Below, piece after piece: positions 26,057 to 38,379 of a stretch of 40,525 nt of DNA. The notes under the pieces are model-generated. The model saw nothing but the letters and a program-made list of their open reading frames with translations. It did no database searches and had not been told where the DNA came from. Source of the stretch: Bacteroidia bacterium (lineage in GTDB: Bacteria; Bacteroidota; Bacteroidia; AKYH767-A; OLB10); assembly GCA_032111385.1 (NCBI GenBank), contig JAULUX010000112.1, positions 1 through 40,525 on the forward strand. Reading direction: 5' to 3'. The position numbers and the translations under genes were made by a program. Each line of letters begins with the position of its first letter. Positions within the stretch are counted from its first letter, which is position 1.

Positions 26057-27199
26057 TCAGGACCGAAGAATATCCCGTGCAATGACGAGTTTCTGAATCT
26101 CACTTGTACCCTCGCCTATGGTGCACAGCTTGGAATCACGGTAGAACTTCTCCACCGGAAAATCCTTGGTGTATCCATACCCGCCAAAAATCTGCACAGC
26201 TTCGGTTGAGCAACGAACTGCAACCTCCGAAGCATAGTATTTTGCAAAGGCGCTCTGGCGCGTCACTTTCTGACCACGGTTCTTGAGATCGGCAGCCTGC
26301 ATGGTGAGTAACTCGGACGCTTCAATTTGAGTGGCCATATCAGCCAACTTGAACGAGATGGCCTGGAAATTCGAAATCGGCTGACCGAACTGTTGTCGCT
26401 CCTGCGAGTATTTCACCGCAGCGTCAAAAGCACCCTTGGCTATGCCCAAAGACAACGCAGCGATGGAAATGCGTCCTCCGTCGAGGATTTTCATCGCCTG
26501 AACAAATCCATCTCCGACTTTTCCGAGTATCTGACTTTTGTGTACACGGCAATCCTCAAAAATCATCTCAGCGGTCTCCGAGGCGCGCATGCCGAGCTTG
26601 TTCTCTTTCTTGCCGGCTTTGAATCCCGGAGTCCCTCTCTCCACCACGAATGCCGTGATGCCATGTGAATCCAATAATTCACCAGTGCGTGCAAGTACTA
26701 CAGCTACGTCTCCACTTATACCGTGGGTGATCCAATTCTTGGCTCCATTGATGATCCAATGATCACCGTCCTGTTTCGCTACACAACGCATCCGCATGGC
26801 ATCGGATCCCGTATTGGCTTCGGTAAGTCCCCAGGCACCGATCCACTCTGCCGTAGCCAGACGGGGCAGGTATTTCTGCTTCTGCTCTTCGTTACCGAAC
26901 ATGAGAATATGACCGGTACACAGGGAATTGTGAGCGGCCATCGACAATCCAACAGATCCACAAACGCGAGCCAGCTCCTGAATGGCAGTGACGTATTCGA
27001 AATAACCCAGTCCGGCTCCGTTGTATTGTTCAGGCACGAGAACCCCCATTAACCCAAGTTCACCCAGGGACTTGAAGACTTCTACCGGAAAGCGCTGAGA
27101 CTCGTCCCATTCCATGAAAGAAGGACGGATGTGCCTGTCGGCGAAGTCGCGGACAGTCTGGGCGATCATCAATTGGTTTTCTGAAGGGTTGAATTCCAT
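26057..27199 (-). CDS. Acyl-CoA dehydrogenase (short/branched-chain, butyryl-CoA dehydrogenase-like)
   Basis: 380 aa. Motifs: [60 protein letters not shown]. Confidence 0.9.
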   Translation of the reverse strand: MEFNPSENQLMIAQTVRDFADRHIRPSFMEWDESQRFPVEVFKSLGELGLMGVLVPEQYNGAGLGYFEYVTAIQELARVCGSVGLSMAAHNSLCTGHILMFGNEEQKQKYLPRLATAEWIGAWGLTEANTGSDAMRMRCVAKQDGDHWIINGAKNWITHGISGDVAVVLARTGELLDSHGITAFVVERGTPGFKAGKKENKLGMRASETAEMIFEDCRVHKSQILGKVGDGFVQAMKILDGGRISIAALSLGIAKGAFDAAVKYSQERQQFGQPISNFQAISFKLADMATQIEASELLTMQAADLKNRGQKVTRQSAFAKYYASEVAVRCSTEAVQIFGGYGYTKDFPVEKFYRDSKLCTIGEGTSEIQKLVIARDILRS

Positions 27200-27210
27200 T
27201 ACGTGAGTCT

Positions 27211-28149
27211 TTAAAAAGTCAAATAAGGTGCAAGTTTACGGAGGATTTCCTCGTCTGCCAAAGGTAGGATCAACAGGTCGTTCACAGAGGAATAATAACC
27301 ATGCTGACCCCTGTAGGAAACGATCATCCTGGCGAATTGTTTACTGAGGTAAGGATGGCGCAGACTATCGACCGGCATGCGATTGACTTCAAGCTTTCGG
27401 TATGGCCCGGAATTCAGGACCAGGAAAGGAAGAATGTGATTATAAACCGAATCAGGAATGGATCTGATCTCCAGCAATTGCTCAAATGCCACGAACCCTC
27501 CCAAACGATCCCGGTAATTGGCAATGGCTCTTGCCCTACCCGAACCGATCCAGGGAAGCTCCTTCAAAAGGACCGTATCGGCATCATTCAAATCAATCAC
27601 AAATGGCCTGTGGGCAGTCGTTGCTTTTCGTTCTAAAGGGGTATGGATTGAATTGGGGTACTTCCGTATTTCGGTCATCCTCTGACGGAAATCCTGATCC
27701 GGTAATTCGATGAAAGGAGCCCATAGGGCAAATAATCCCGAATCCAATACCCGGACGCGCTTGACATCCTCTTTGGACCGAAATCCACCGATTTTGTCTC
27801 GGTAGCGAATCAAGGATGCGGCTTGACGGGGACTCATCCCGAGCTCAACGAAGCCGTTTTCATCGATTTTATTCGGGTCAAAAGGTCGAACGGACGGTAC
27901 GTGGAATGGAATACGCTCATTTGAATAAGAGTCTTTTGGCTTTCCTCCGGTCTTATTCTGCAGATGCGCTATCGCCTGCCTTTCACCCCTTTCCGGATGG
28001 CGCGATTTCGGTTGAATCAAGTGGTGTCGAACAAACAACGCGGCCTGGATGAAGAGCAGTATCCCCCCCAATAAAAGGGCAGCATGCTTTTCGGTCCTGG
28101 TACAAGTGAAATAGGCAATGAACACCTGCTTTATCCGTCGAGCTTTCAT
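27211..28149 (-). CDS. ComEA-like helix-hairpin-helix DNA-binding protein with N-terminal membrane anchor
   Basis: The track start at 28212 is TTG, so I prefer the ATG at 28149 (MKARRIKQ...). It has a TM helix ([17 protein letters not shown]). HhH units: [63 protein letters not shown] and [21 protein letters not shown]. Confidence 0.7.
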   Translation of the reverse strand: MKARRIKQVFIAYFTCTRTEKHAALLLGGILLFIQAALFVRHHLIQPKSRHPERGERQAIAHLQNKTGGKPKDSYSNERIPFHVPSVRPFDPNKIDENGFVELGMSPRQAASLIRYRDKIGGFRSKEDVKRVRVLDSGLFALWAPFIELPDQDFRQRMTEIRKYPNSIHTPLERKATTAHRPFVIDLNDADTVLLKELPWIGSGRARAIANYRDRLGGFVAFEQLLEIRSIPDSVYNHILPFLVLNSGPYRKLEVNRMPVDSLRHPYLSKQFARMIVSYRGQHGYYSSVNDLLILPLADEEILRKLAPYLTF

Positions 28150-28232
28150 GCTGCAAAAGAATGCATGACGAACTTTCGGAATCCTCAAACAAACAAGTAC
28201 ATCCGTATGCAAACGGATGCTTAGAGCCCGCT

Positions 28233-29051
28233 TTAGAGCCCCCTTTCGGAAAGGAGGAGACTCATCTCTTCCTGGACTTTAAGCGCCTCCGATCTGGCAG
28301 CTTTTGCAAAATCATGTCCGGAAGAAGCGTAGATGATCTGCCGCGAAGAATTAACAAGCAATCCGCAAATGCTATTCAAGCCGGCGTTGGAAATTGCACG
28401 TAAATCGCCCCCCTGCGCACCGACTCCCGGTACAAGGAAAAAGGACTCCGGAGCAATGTTACGCAGATGTTCGAATTGGGAAGCCCGAGTAGCACCGCAG
28501 ACGAACATCAACTCCTCCGGCCCTGCCCACTCCATTGCTTTACGCATGACGGATTCGTACAAAGGCACACCATCAGACATATTCTCGATCTGAAAATCAG
28601 CCGCACCAGGATTGGATGTCAAGGCGAGCAAAACCACCCATTTACCGGGGAAACCCAGAAAGGGCTTGACCGAATCGGAACCCATATAAGGAGCCACTGT
28701 GATGGCATCGAAGTCCATGGCAGAAAAAAAGGCGCGTGCATATAACGCAGAGGTGTTTCCGATATCCCCGCGCTTGGCATCGGCAATGGTGAAATGCGTG
28801 GAGGGGATGATCGCCATCGTCTTTTCAAGCGACCTCAATCCGGCAGACCCCATACTCTCGTAAAAAGCAAGATTCGGCTTATATGCTACACAAAGGTCAC
28901 AGGTGGCCTCGATGATGGCCTTGTTGAATTCGAAGAGGGGATCCTCTGTTTCCAAAAGATGACGGGGGATCTTTTGGATGTCGGTATCTAGTCCGACACA
29001 CAGATAACTCCTTTTGTTAAGGATCTGTTCAACCAAACTGTCGCGATTCAC
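28233..29051 (-). CDS. pyrF: Orotidine-5'-phosphate decarboxylase (type 2)
   Basis: 272 aa with a GTG start. Motifs: SYLCVGLDTD, FTIADAKRGDIGNTS, LVPGVGAQGG. Confidence 0.9.
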   Translation of the reverse strand: MNRDSLVEQILNKRSYLCVGLDTDIQKIPRHLLETEDPLFEFNKAIIEATCDLCVAYKPNLAFYESMGSAGLRSLEKTMAIIPSTHFTIADAKRGDIGNTSALYARAFFSAMDFDAITVAPYMGSDSVKPFLGFPGKWVVLLALTSNPGAADFQIENMSDGVPLYESVMRKAMEWAGPEELMFVCGATRASQFEHLRNIAPESFFLVPGVGAQGGDLRAISNAGLNSICGLLVNSSRQIIYASSGHDFAKAARSEALKVQEEMSLLLSERGL

Positions 29052-29093
29052 TTCTCTTGATGTTTTAATATTTCTATCGGGTCGAAAGAGAGA

Positions 29094-30191
29094 TCAGCTA
29101 CCTACCATGTTCTCTTCTTTCATCTTCTCAGCATTTTCGGCGAATTGCAAGGCATCGATGAAGTCCTGAATATCTCCGTTCATAACGGCCTGAAGATTGT
29201 AGGAGGTGAATCCGATCCGGTGATCGGTGACCCTGCTCTGCGGATAATTGTAGGTTCGGATCTTGGCGGAACGATCCCCTGTGCTGACCATGGTCTTCCT
29301 TCGTTTTGCTACCTCGTCCATGCGTTTGGTGTATTCAATCTCATACAACTTGGACCGCAACATCTGCAAGGCCATGTCCCGGTTCGCATGCTGTGAACGG
29401 GCGACCTGACAGGTAATGACTATTCCGCTGGGCTTATGGGTCAGCTGCACCTTCGTTTCAACCTTGTTCACGTTTTGTCCTCCCGCACCACTCGAACGTG
29501 CAGTTTGAAACTCCAAGTCGGCAGGATTGATCTCGACACCGTCGAACTCGTCCGCCTCCGGCAAAACAACTACCGTAGCCGCCGAAGTATGGATCCTTCC
29601 CTGGGTCTCGGTGGCAGGAACACGCTGCACCCGGTGGACACCGCTTTCGTATTTTAAAATGCCATAAGCTTTATCCCCTTTCACTTCCATCACGATCTCC
29701 TTGAAGCCTCCGGTATTCCCTTCGTTGTAATCAACCACTTCGACTTTCCAACCACGGCCCTCGCAAAAGCGCTGATACATGCGGCTCAAATCACCGGCGA
29801 AAAGACTGGCTTCGTCTCCTCCTGTGCCGGCACGGATTTCAATGATGGCGTTGCGTCCGTCTTCAGGATCCTGTGGGATCAACAGCATTTGTATCCGCTG
29901 CTCTAAATCTGCACGTCGCGGCTCGAGCTCGTCCAATTCGGACCTGGCCATACTCCGGAAGTCCTCGTCCTTGTCGTTAGCCAACACGTGTTTTGCTTGT
30001 TCAATCCCGGACAACAGGCTTCTATACTCCCGCGTAGCAGTTACAATCTCTTCCAGGTCACGGTAGGACTTGTTCAACTGAGTAAACTTCCGCTGGTCTG
30101 CGATGACCGACGGGTCGGAAAGCTGAACGCCTATGTCATGGAAGCGCGATTCAACGCCCTCCAGTTTGTTCAAGAGTGGATCATTCATCAT
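29094..30191 (-). CDS. prfA: Peptide chain release factor 1
   Basis: 365 aa. Carries the RF1-type tripeptide in [18 protein letters not shown] (PxT) and the GGQ motif in [17 protein letters not shown]. Confidence 0.95.
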   Translation of the reverse strand: MMNDPLLNKLEGVESRFHDIGVQLSDPSVIADQRKFTQLNKSYRDLEEIVTATREYRSLLSGIEQAKHVLANDKDEDFRSMARSELDELEPRRADLEQRIQMLLIPQDPEDGRNAIIEIRAGTGGDEASLFAGDLSRMYQRFCEGRGWKVEVVDYNEGNTGGFKEIVMEVKGDKAYGILKYESGVHRVQRVPATETQGRIHTSAATVVVLPEADEFDGVEINPADLEFQTARSSGAGGQNVNKVETKVQLTHKPSGIVITCQVARSQHANRDMALQMLRSKLYEIEYTKRMDEVAKRRKTMVSTGDRSAKIRTYNYPQSRVTDHRIGFTSYNLQAVMNGDIQDFIDALQFAENAEKMKEENMVGS

Positions 30192-30203
30192 CTGCTACAA
30201 GAC

Positions 30204-31382
30204 TTACCAGTTGAATTCACCATGTTGGCCACGTATCGTGAGGCGGTTATTTTCAGAAGCCTCCACTCGTCCTATCACACGGGCATCGATTGAAAACGAT
30301 TTGGCGATGTCCATTACTGATTGCGCGTGGTCCTCAGACATGTAAAGCTCCATCCTGTGTCCCATGTTAAACACCTGATACATTTCCTTCCAATCCGTTT
30401 TCGACTGCTCCTGTATGATTCGGAACAACGGCGGAGTTGGAAAGAGATCGTCCTTGATGATATGCAGCCCCTCCACAAAATGGAGCACTTTGGTCTGCCC
30501 ACCGCCACTGCAATGCACCATGCCATGAACCTCGTCACGGAACTGTTGCAAAACACGGTGAATGACGGGTGCGTAGGTACGCGTTGGAGACAAAACGAGT
30601 TTGCCGGCGTCAATACCCAGGTCCTCGATGGCATCGGTCAATTTCAATGCGCCGTTGTAAACCAGCGAGTGATCGATGCCGTGATCGTAACTATCGGGAT
30701 ATTTCTCAGCAAGCAGGTGATCAAATACATCGTGACGGGCTGAGGTGAGTCCATTGCTGCCCATCCCTCCATTGTATTCTGTCTCGTACGATGCCTGACC
30801 GTACGAACAGAGGCCAATGATCACATCACCGGGCCGAATCCGGGCATTGTCAATGACATCCGCTCTTCTCATCCTGCATGCAACCGTACTGTCCACTACG
30901 ATCGTCCGCACCAGATCACCCAGATCGGCAGTCTCACCGCCTGTAGTGTATAAATCAACTCCATGGCGACGAAGCTCTTCCACCAACTCTTCTGTACCCT
31001 GGATGATGGCAGCAATTACTTCGCCCGGTATCAGCCGCTTATTTCTTCCGATGGTGGACGAGACCAGAATCCTGCCGGTAGCACCAACACACAACAAATC
31101 ATCAAGATTCATCACAAGGGCGTCCTGCGCGATACCTTTCCAGACGGAAAGATCGCCGGTCTCCCTCCAGTAAGCATAGGCCAGGCTGCTCTTCGTGCCG
31201 GCACCGTCGGCATGCATGATATTGCACCAATCGGGATCTCCTCCCAAGTAATCGGGGATCACCTTGCAAAATGCGCGAGGATATAGCCCTTGGTCGAGTC
31301 CTTTAATGGCAGCATGCACATCCTCCTTCGTGGCGGATACACCACGGAGTGAATAGCGTTGGGAAGAATTCATCTCCTGCAT
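30204..31382 (-). CDS. purM: Phosphoribosylformylglycinamidine cyclo-ligase (AIR synthase, long Bacteroidota form)
   Basis: 392 aa. AIR-synthase N/C domain motifs: IMHADGAGTKSSLAY, DDLLCVGA, GGETADLGD, HCSGGGQTK, FNMGHRMELY. Confidence 0.85.
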   Translation of the reverse strand: MQEMNSSQRYSLRGVSATKEDVHAAIKGLDQGLYPRAFCKVIPDYLGGDPDWCNIMHADGAGTKSSLAYAYWRETGDLSVWKGIAQDALVMNLDDLLCVGATGRILVSSTIGRNKRLIPGEVIAAIIQGTEELVEELRRHGVDLYTTGGETADLGDLVRTIVVDSTVACRMRRADVIDNARIRPGDVIIGLCSYGQASYETEYNGGMGSNGLTSARHDVFDHLLAEKYPDSYDHGIDHSLVYNGALKLTDAIEDLGIDAGKLVLSPTRTYAPVIHRVLQQFRDEVHGMVHCSGGGQTKVLHFVEGLHIIKDDLFPTPPLFRIIQEQSKTDWKEMYQVFNMGHRMELYMSEDHAQSVMDIAKSFSIDARVIGRVEASENNRLTIRGQHGEFNW

Positions 31383-31428
31383 TGTATGTATTCAAAGTCC
31401 GGAGCCGTATAGCTGTTTACCGGATAGC

Positions 31429-31457
31429 GGAAGGGCAGCCTTTCGAGCCGCCCTTCC
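31429..31457 (-). terminator. GC-rich hairpin between the OmpA-family gene and purM (possible attenuating or terminating structure)
   Basis: GGAAGGGC (31429-31436) pairs with GCCCTTCC (31450-31457), an 8-bp stem with a 13-nt loop. No U-tract follows on either strand, so a terminator function is uncertain. Confidence 0.25.
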
Positions 31458-31484
31458 ATCGATTAAAACCAATGTGTTCGTTTA

Positions 31485-33479
31485 TCAGTTCTTGGGAACG
31501 TAGGTGGTACCGGTCACTTCGAACTCCGTGCGACGGTTATACTGGTGAGCTTTTTCCTTCATCTCGTTGGTTTCAAGTTTGTCGATGAACTCTTTGGTCA
31601 AAACATCGCCGGTCTTGAAGGGCGCATACTCTTCATCGTTCTCAACTGCCTTGGGCGTGGTTTCGCCTTTGCCTTCGGAAGTCAGACGATCTGCAGGAAC
31701 GCCTTTGGAAATCAAGTAGTCCATAACACTCTTGGCACGACGATCTGACAATTTGAGGTTGTAATTATCGTCAGCACGGTAATCCGTGTGTGCCGTCAGC
31801 TTGATGGTGATAGTCGGATTTTCGTTAAGTGTCTGAATGAGCCCATCCAGTGCATTCTTGGATTCAGCACGTAGTGTGGACTTGTCGAGATCGTAGAAAA
31901 TTTCGGGCACGGTAATGGGCTTAGACGTAGACTTCAGCGGGAAATCGAAATCCTTGGCAAAATCCTGGTCTTCTTCAAGTCCAACAGTGGAAAGCTCATG
32001 AAACTTCGTCAGGTAACCTGTGAAGGAAGCAGAAAGCTTGTATTTCACATTGGGCTTGAGTTCGTAGCGGTACATACCATCAGCAGCAGTCTGAACACTG
32101 AGAGATGTACCATCAGACCCGAATAACTCCACTGTCGCGCCTTCAAGGTTTTCCTTGGTATCGGTGTCGTAAACACGTCCGCCGACATTGAATTTCAATG
32201 GCGGAACCATGAAATTATAAATGTCATCCATACCCTTTCCACCCTCGCGGTTGGAAGTGAAATATCCGGTAGACTCGGAATCCCAAAAGATACCGAAATC
32301 GTCAGCGGATGAATTCATCGGAGACTTCAGGTTAACGGCTTCTGACCACACTCCACCATCATTGGTGGAGAACATCATGTCTAGACCACCCATGCCGGCT
32401 TTGCCGTTGGATGCAAAGTAAAGACGACCGTTTTTAGCCAAAGTGGGAAACATCTCATCGCCATCCGAGTTAATACCGGAACCAAGATTTACAGGAGCGC
32501 CCCAAGACCCGGCATTCAGAGTAACCGACCAAACGTCTTTCCCACCGAATCCACCCGGCATGTCTGAGGTAAAGTAAAGCGTATTGCCGTCCGGAGACAA
32601 ATTCGGGTGGCCGCAGGTGTAGGTATCGCTATTGAAGGGCAATGCCATGGGATCACTCCATTTGCCATCGGCCATGGTGGTCATCATGATCTTGCATTGG
32701 GTGTTTTTGTCTTTATCGTAGGGACAGGTGGTGAAATACATCACCTTACCGCTGGGATCAAAACACGCAGCGCCATCACTTCCTTCTGAATTGAAAGGAC
32801 CGGTCAAGGCTACAGGAATACTCCACTTGCCGTTGTTATCCAAAGAGGATTGAAACAAGTCAAAATACTTTTCACCGTACCACTTGTCGCGCTTGTCGCC
32901 TGCTGCCTCCTCGCGAGAGGAAGAGAATACCAACGTATTCTTGGTAGCGGGATTCTCGGTCACGGCAAACTCATAATATTTGGTATTCAAAGCGGAGAGG
33001 TTATCCACCCTGTGACGGGTCGGCTTGTCCTTCCATGCCTGAGCCGTCTCAGCAGAAGCGACCAAAGCACTCACCTTAGCGTCGGAGGGATTGGCCTCTT
33101 TGTATGCGTTATACTGAACTATAGCTTCTGCATATTTTGAATTTGACTTTAACGCATCTGCATACCGCAAGAGTCCGATGGGTTCCTTGTATTTGGAAGC
33201 GACAGCTTTACCGTACCAGTCCTCGGCTTCGAGATGGTTACCCATCATACGGGCACACTCACCGGCTTTGAATGCTGCAATGGCCTTTGGATCACGCTTT
33301 TTGAACCTGCTGTAAGCCTTTTTGTAAAGCGTGGAAGCGGAGTAGTATTCCCCGATATTGAAAAGCTTGTCTGCCTTGGGAGTTTTGCTTTTCGGGGCCT
33401 TCGCTGTTTTAGCCTGCGCAACTCCGCTGATGATGGTAAAGGAAAGAATCAGCAAGAGACTGAGGAGTTTTTTGATCAT
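31485..33479 (-). CDS. OmpA-family envelope protein (TPR + TolB-like beta-propeller repeats + CarboxypepD_reg-like + OmpA C-terminal domain)
   Basis: 664 aa with a signal peptide. TPR region: ADKLFNIGEYYSASTLYKKAY. PD40/TolB-like repeats: LVFSSSRE..., MYFTTCP..., LYFTSDMPGGFGGKDVW, LYFASNGKAGMGGLD. OmpA_C domain: IFYDLDKSTLRAESKNALD...LTAHTDYRADDNYNLKLSDRRAKSVMDYL. Confidence 0.85.
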   Translation of the reverse strand: MIKKLLSLLLILSFTIISGVAQAKTAKAPKSKTPKADKLFNIGEYYSASTLYKKAYSRFKKRDPKAIAAFKAGECARMMGNHLEAEDWYGKAVASKYKEPIGLLRYADALKSNSKYAEAIVQYNAYKEANPSDAKVSALVASAETAQAWKDKPTRHRVDNLSALNTKYYEFAVTENPATKNTLVFSSSREEAAGDKRDKWYGEKYFDLFQSSLDNNGKWSIPVALTGPFNSEGSDGAACFDPSGKVMYFTTCPYDKDKNTQCKIMMTTMADGKWSDPMALPFNSDTYTCGHPNLSPDGNTLYFTSDMPGGFGGKDVWSVTLNAGSWGAPVNLGSGINSDGDEMFPTLAKNGRLYFASNGKAGMGGLDMMFSTNDGGVWSEAVNLKSPMNSSADDFGIFWDSESTGYFTSNREGGKGMDDIYNFMVPPLKFNVGGRVYDTDTKENLEGATVELFGSDGTSLSVQTAADGMYRYELKPNVKYKLSASFTGYLTKFHELSTVGLEEDQDFAKDFDFPLKSTSKPITVPEIFYDLDKSTLRAESKNALDGLIQTLNENPTITIKLTAHTDYRADDNYNLKLSDRRAKSVMDYLISKGVPADRLTSEGKGETTPKAVENDEEYAPFKTGDVLTKEFIDKLETNEMKEKAHQYNRRTEFEVTGTTYVPKN

Positions 33480-33674
33480 AAGTATTCGGTGCTAGACAGT
33501 TTGCTATTGGAAGGCAAAGGAAACAAATTATTTTCAAAAGGAAAAACAGTCTCGAACGCACTTTCCGAATCACACATTTTACTGTAAATCAATTATTTGT
33601 ACATAAAAACACAGTAGTTCGCCAATGGGATGAACATATTGAGAGAACCCGGAGAAGTCCATTAATTTTGCAGC

Positions 33675-34184
33675 ATGACCATCCGCATTCACAAACCTCT
33701 TCGAATAATCAAGCTTGCCGTCGCCTGCATCTTCATACTTCCTGCTTGGTGCCATGCTCAATCCAACTACAAAACCGCCCTTGGCCTCCGGCTAAATGAA
33801 GGCGCGGGTATTACTGTAAAGCATTTTGTGAGTGAAAAAAGCAGCATTGAAGGCATTCTTTACACACGTTGGCGAGGGTTCAACCTGACGGGATTGTATC
33901 AGGGGAATTTCCCGGTGTTCAGCGAGCCGGGCTTCCGTTTCTTTATGGGAGGGGGCGCTCATATCGGGGTTTGGGACCGAAACAGAAACCCATGGTGGAA
34001 AGACGAGGAATATAACGACACCCGAGCTGTTTTCGGCCTGGATGGTCAAATCGGACTTGAGTATACGTTTGGGCAACTCCCGCTTAACCTCTCCATCGAT
34101 TGGAAACCAGCTATCAATTTTATCGGTGTCAGTAATTTTTGGGGTGGTGACCTGGCTCTCAGTGTCCGGTACGCGTTCAAGTAA
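33675..34184 (+). CDS. Small putative outer-membrane beta-barrel protein
   Basis: 169 aa with a signal sequence (LAVACIFILPAWCHAQ). It has Gly/aromatic-rich alternating strands and a C-terminal LSVRYAFK. I recognise no family. Confidence 0.4.
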   Translation: MTIRIHKPLRIIKLAVACIFILPAWCHAQSNYKTALGLRLNEGAGITVKHFVSEKSSIEGILYTRWRGFNLTGLYQGNFPVFSEPGFRFFMGGGAHIGVWDRNRNPWWKDEEYNDTRAVFGLDGQIGLEYTFGQLPLNLSIDWKPAINFIGVSNFWGGDLALSVRYAFK

Positions 34185-34728
34185 GGCTTTCGATTCCGGC
34201 CTGGAACTCCACTAACCGACTGATGTGATCCGATATCAGGGTTTTCAATTTCTCAGACGGTTCGGCATGGTCGTTCACCCACTCCTTATCGATATGAGGA
34301 ACCGTAGTCAAATGAGGCATAACCGATACCTGCAGATAGTGCAAGACTCCCACCCACTGATCAAGTGCACGGAGTGAACCCGCACGTCCGGATGATAACC
34401 CAAAAAGCGCTGCCCTTTTTTGCTTCAAGGCCGTTCTCGGATCGATGGAATCGACCAGCCATTTGAGAATGCCGGGAAAGCTCCCATTGTATTCCGGAAT
34501 GAAAAACACAAAGCACGTCATCGGGTTGAAATAGGTTTCCTGCAGCCGATGCATGGTGTCTGGCCTTGAGCTTCCGTAGGCTCCGGGCACGAATACATCC
34601 TGAAGCGCAGTTGATAAATCTAGAATTTGATGATCAACCGCCAACTCATTCAAACATCGGGAATAGGCCCTGCAAACCTTACCTGTAAAACTATCCTTTC
34701 GATCCGTTCCGATGACTAGTGTTATCAT
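34177..34728 (-). CDS. NAD(P)H-dependent FMN reductase-like flavodoxin-fold oxidoreductase
   Basis: 183 aa. The N-terminus is MITLVIGTDRKDSFTGKV and the family motif is FFIPEYNGSFPGILKWLVD. Its 3' end overlaps the convergent gene by 8 nt. Confidence 0.65.
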   Translation of the reverse strand: MITLVIGTDRKDSFTGKVCRAYSRCLNELAVDHQILDLSTALQDVFVPGAYGSSRPDTMHRLQETYFNPMTCFVFFIPEYNGSFPGILKWLVDSIDPRTALKQKRAALFGLSSGRAGSLRALDQWVGVLHYLQVSVMPHLTTVPHIDKEWVNDHAEPSEKLKTLISDHISRLVEFQAGIESLT

Positions 34729-34938
34729 GTTGCAAAAACAACCATCTGACTGAAAATGTTTGCGTCCGAACCACGGAATCAGTAGAAGTTCATTTTTTCA
34801 TTTAAAACACACCATTGCACCCATGGTTCTGAAGCGGCCTCTGATGGCTGAAAAACGGCCTGAGGCGGGCTTTTTCAACAGTTTTGAGAATTATCAACAC
34901 CCGAGCCCGATAAGGCCCTTCAAAAGCGGTTAAATCCT

Positions 34939-34946
34939 TATCTTTG
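34939..34946 (+). promoter_or_regulatory. Putative -7 promoter box TATCTTTG for gyrB
   Basis: TATCTTTG ends 35 nt before the ATG at 34982, in a 247-nt intergenic region. Confidence 0.35.
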
Positions 34947-34975
34947 TTAGCTTTTAGTATGAAAAGCATAACTAA

Positions 34976-36952
<1,977 letters not shown>

Positions 36953-36997
36953 TCCATCACAATCAACCCATATTAACCACCATTTTATAAACCCGAA

Positions 36998-37936
36998 ATG
37001 AAAGTCACAGTCGTAGGCGCCGGAAACGTTGGCGCGACTTGCGCCAATGTCATCGCACACCGCGAACTGGCCAATGAAGTCATCCTCGTCGATATCAAAG
37101 AAGGAATCGCAGAAGGCAAATCCCTGGATATCTGGCAAACCTCACCCATCAACATGTTCGACACCCGTGCCAAAGGGGTGACGAATGATTACCAGGCCAC
37201 CGCCGGATCAGATGTGGTGGTGATCACCTCCGGATTGCCGCGCAAACCGGGCATGAGCCGTGATGACTTGATCGCGACCAATGCCGGCATCGTAAAATCG
37301 GTGACCGAAAACATTGTAAAGTACAGCCCGAATACGATCATCATCGTGGTGAGCAACCCACTTGATGTGATGACTTATTGTGCCTACCTGACCTCCGGCT
37401 TCGATTCGCGCAAAGTTTTCGGGATGGCCGGAATCCTCGACACGGCTCGTTACCGTGCATTTCTTGCGGAGGCGCTCAATACCTCTCCGAAAGACATTCA
37501 AGCGGTATTGATGGGCGGACACGGTGATACCATGGTTCCCTTGCCACGCTACACAACAGTAGCCGGAATCCCGGTTACTGAACTGATCGAAAAGGATAAG
37601 CTCGACGCCATCGTGCAACGCACCAAAGTGGGCGGAGGCGAATTGGTGAACCTGATGGGAACATCAGCATGGTATGCACCCGGCGCTGCAGCCGCTCAGA
37701 TGGTTGAAGCCATCGTTCGCGACCAGAAGCGCATCTTCCCCTGTTGCGCATGGCTGCAAAGCGAATACGGCATGAAAGACGTTTACCTTGGAGTGCCTGT
37801 AAAACTGGGCAAGAACGGTATAGAACAAATCATTGAACTTCAACTGAACAGCGACGAATCAAAATTGCTGAACGATTCATCTGTCGCTGTGAAAGAAGTG
37901 ATGAGCGTACTCGACAAGATGACCACTACTGTCTGA
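36998..37936 (+). CDS. mdh: Malate dehydrogenase (LDH-like type)
   Basis: 312 aa. Motifs: MKVTVVGAGNVGATCA, ITSGLPRKPGMSRDDL, VVSNPLD, MGGHGDTMVP. Confidence 0.95.
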   Translation: MKVTVVGAGNVGATCANVIAHRELANEVILVDIKEGIAEGKSLDIWQTSPINMFDTRAKGVTNDYQATAGSDVVVITSGLPRKPGMSRDDLIATNAGIVKSVTENIVKYSPNTIIIVVSNPLDVMTYCAYLTSGFDSRKVFGMAGILDTARYRAFLAEALNTSPKDIQAVLMGGHGDTMVPLPRYTTVAGIPVTELIEKDKLDAIVQRTKVGGGELVNLMGTSAWYAPGAAAAQMVEAIVRDQKRIFPCCAWLQSEYGMKDVYLGVPVKLGKNGIEQIIELQLNSDESKLLNDSSVAVKEVMSVLDKMTTTV

Positions 37937-37957
37937 GTTCCCTCACTATCCTAACCG

Positions 37958-37985
37958 AAAAGCCCCTCCAACAGGGGCTTTTTTC
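37958..37985. terminator. Bidirectional rho-independent terminator shared by mdh (+) and the DCC-family gene (-)
   Basis: The stem AGCCCCT (37961-37967) pairs with AGGGGCT (37973-37979) around the loop CCAAC. It is flanked by AAAA on the left and TTTTT on the right, so it reads as hairpin plus U-tract on both strands. It sits between two convergent stop codons. Confidence 0.8.
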
Positions 37986-38379
37986 ATTTGAAACGGTCGG
38001 CAAAGGACGGATCCGGCAAAAAGCAGGAAGCACTCCGGCCGAACCAACGGTATCGATTTGCAGCTATCAATCGATAAAATGGATCCCTCAGAGCTGTGGG
38101 AATCAGCCGTAAAACGCCCAACACACTCCACGGGAATCCCAGGCCGGTCAGAATGCGGAGAACCGCTGTCGACTCACGGTAAGTGATCCCGTCTTCTACA
38201 AGGAGCACAGATCCTCCTGTTTTCTTTATCGAAGGATTCTCTTCCTTTAAAATAAGCTCGGATTCAGGAAGTATTGCGAAACAAAACTTTCTGTTCCTGT
38301 CATTCCGAAGAATGAAACGGACCGTTCTGCTGCACAACAGGCAATGTCCATCGAAATATATGGTGGCGGTGCGGGGCAT
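37984..38379 (-). CDS. DCC-family thiol-disulfide oxidoreductase (DUF393)
   Basis: The track ORF extends to 38472, inside the upstream gene. The ATG at 38379 gives MPRTATIYFDGHCLLCSRTVRFILRNDRNRKFCF (the DxxCxxC motif). It overlaps the upstream stop by 1 nt (TGATG). Confidence 0.8.
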   Translation of the reverse strand: MPRTATIYFDGHCLLCSRTVRFILRNDRNRKFCFAILPESELILKEENPSIKKTGGSVLLVEDGITYRESTAVLRILTGLGFPWSVLGVLRLIPTALRDPFYRLIAANRYRWFGRSASCFLPDPSFADRFK

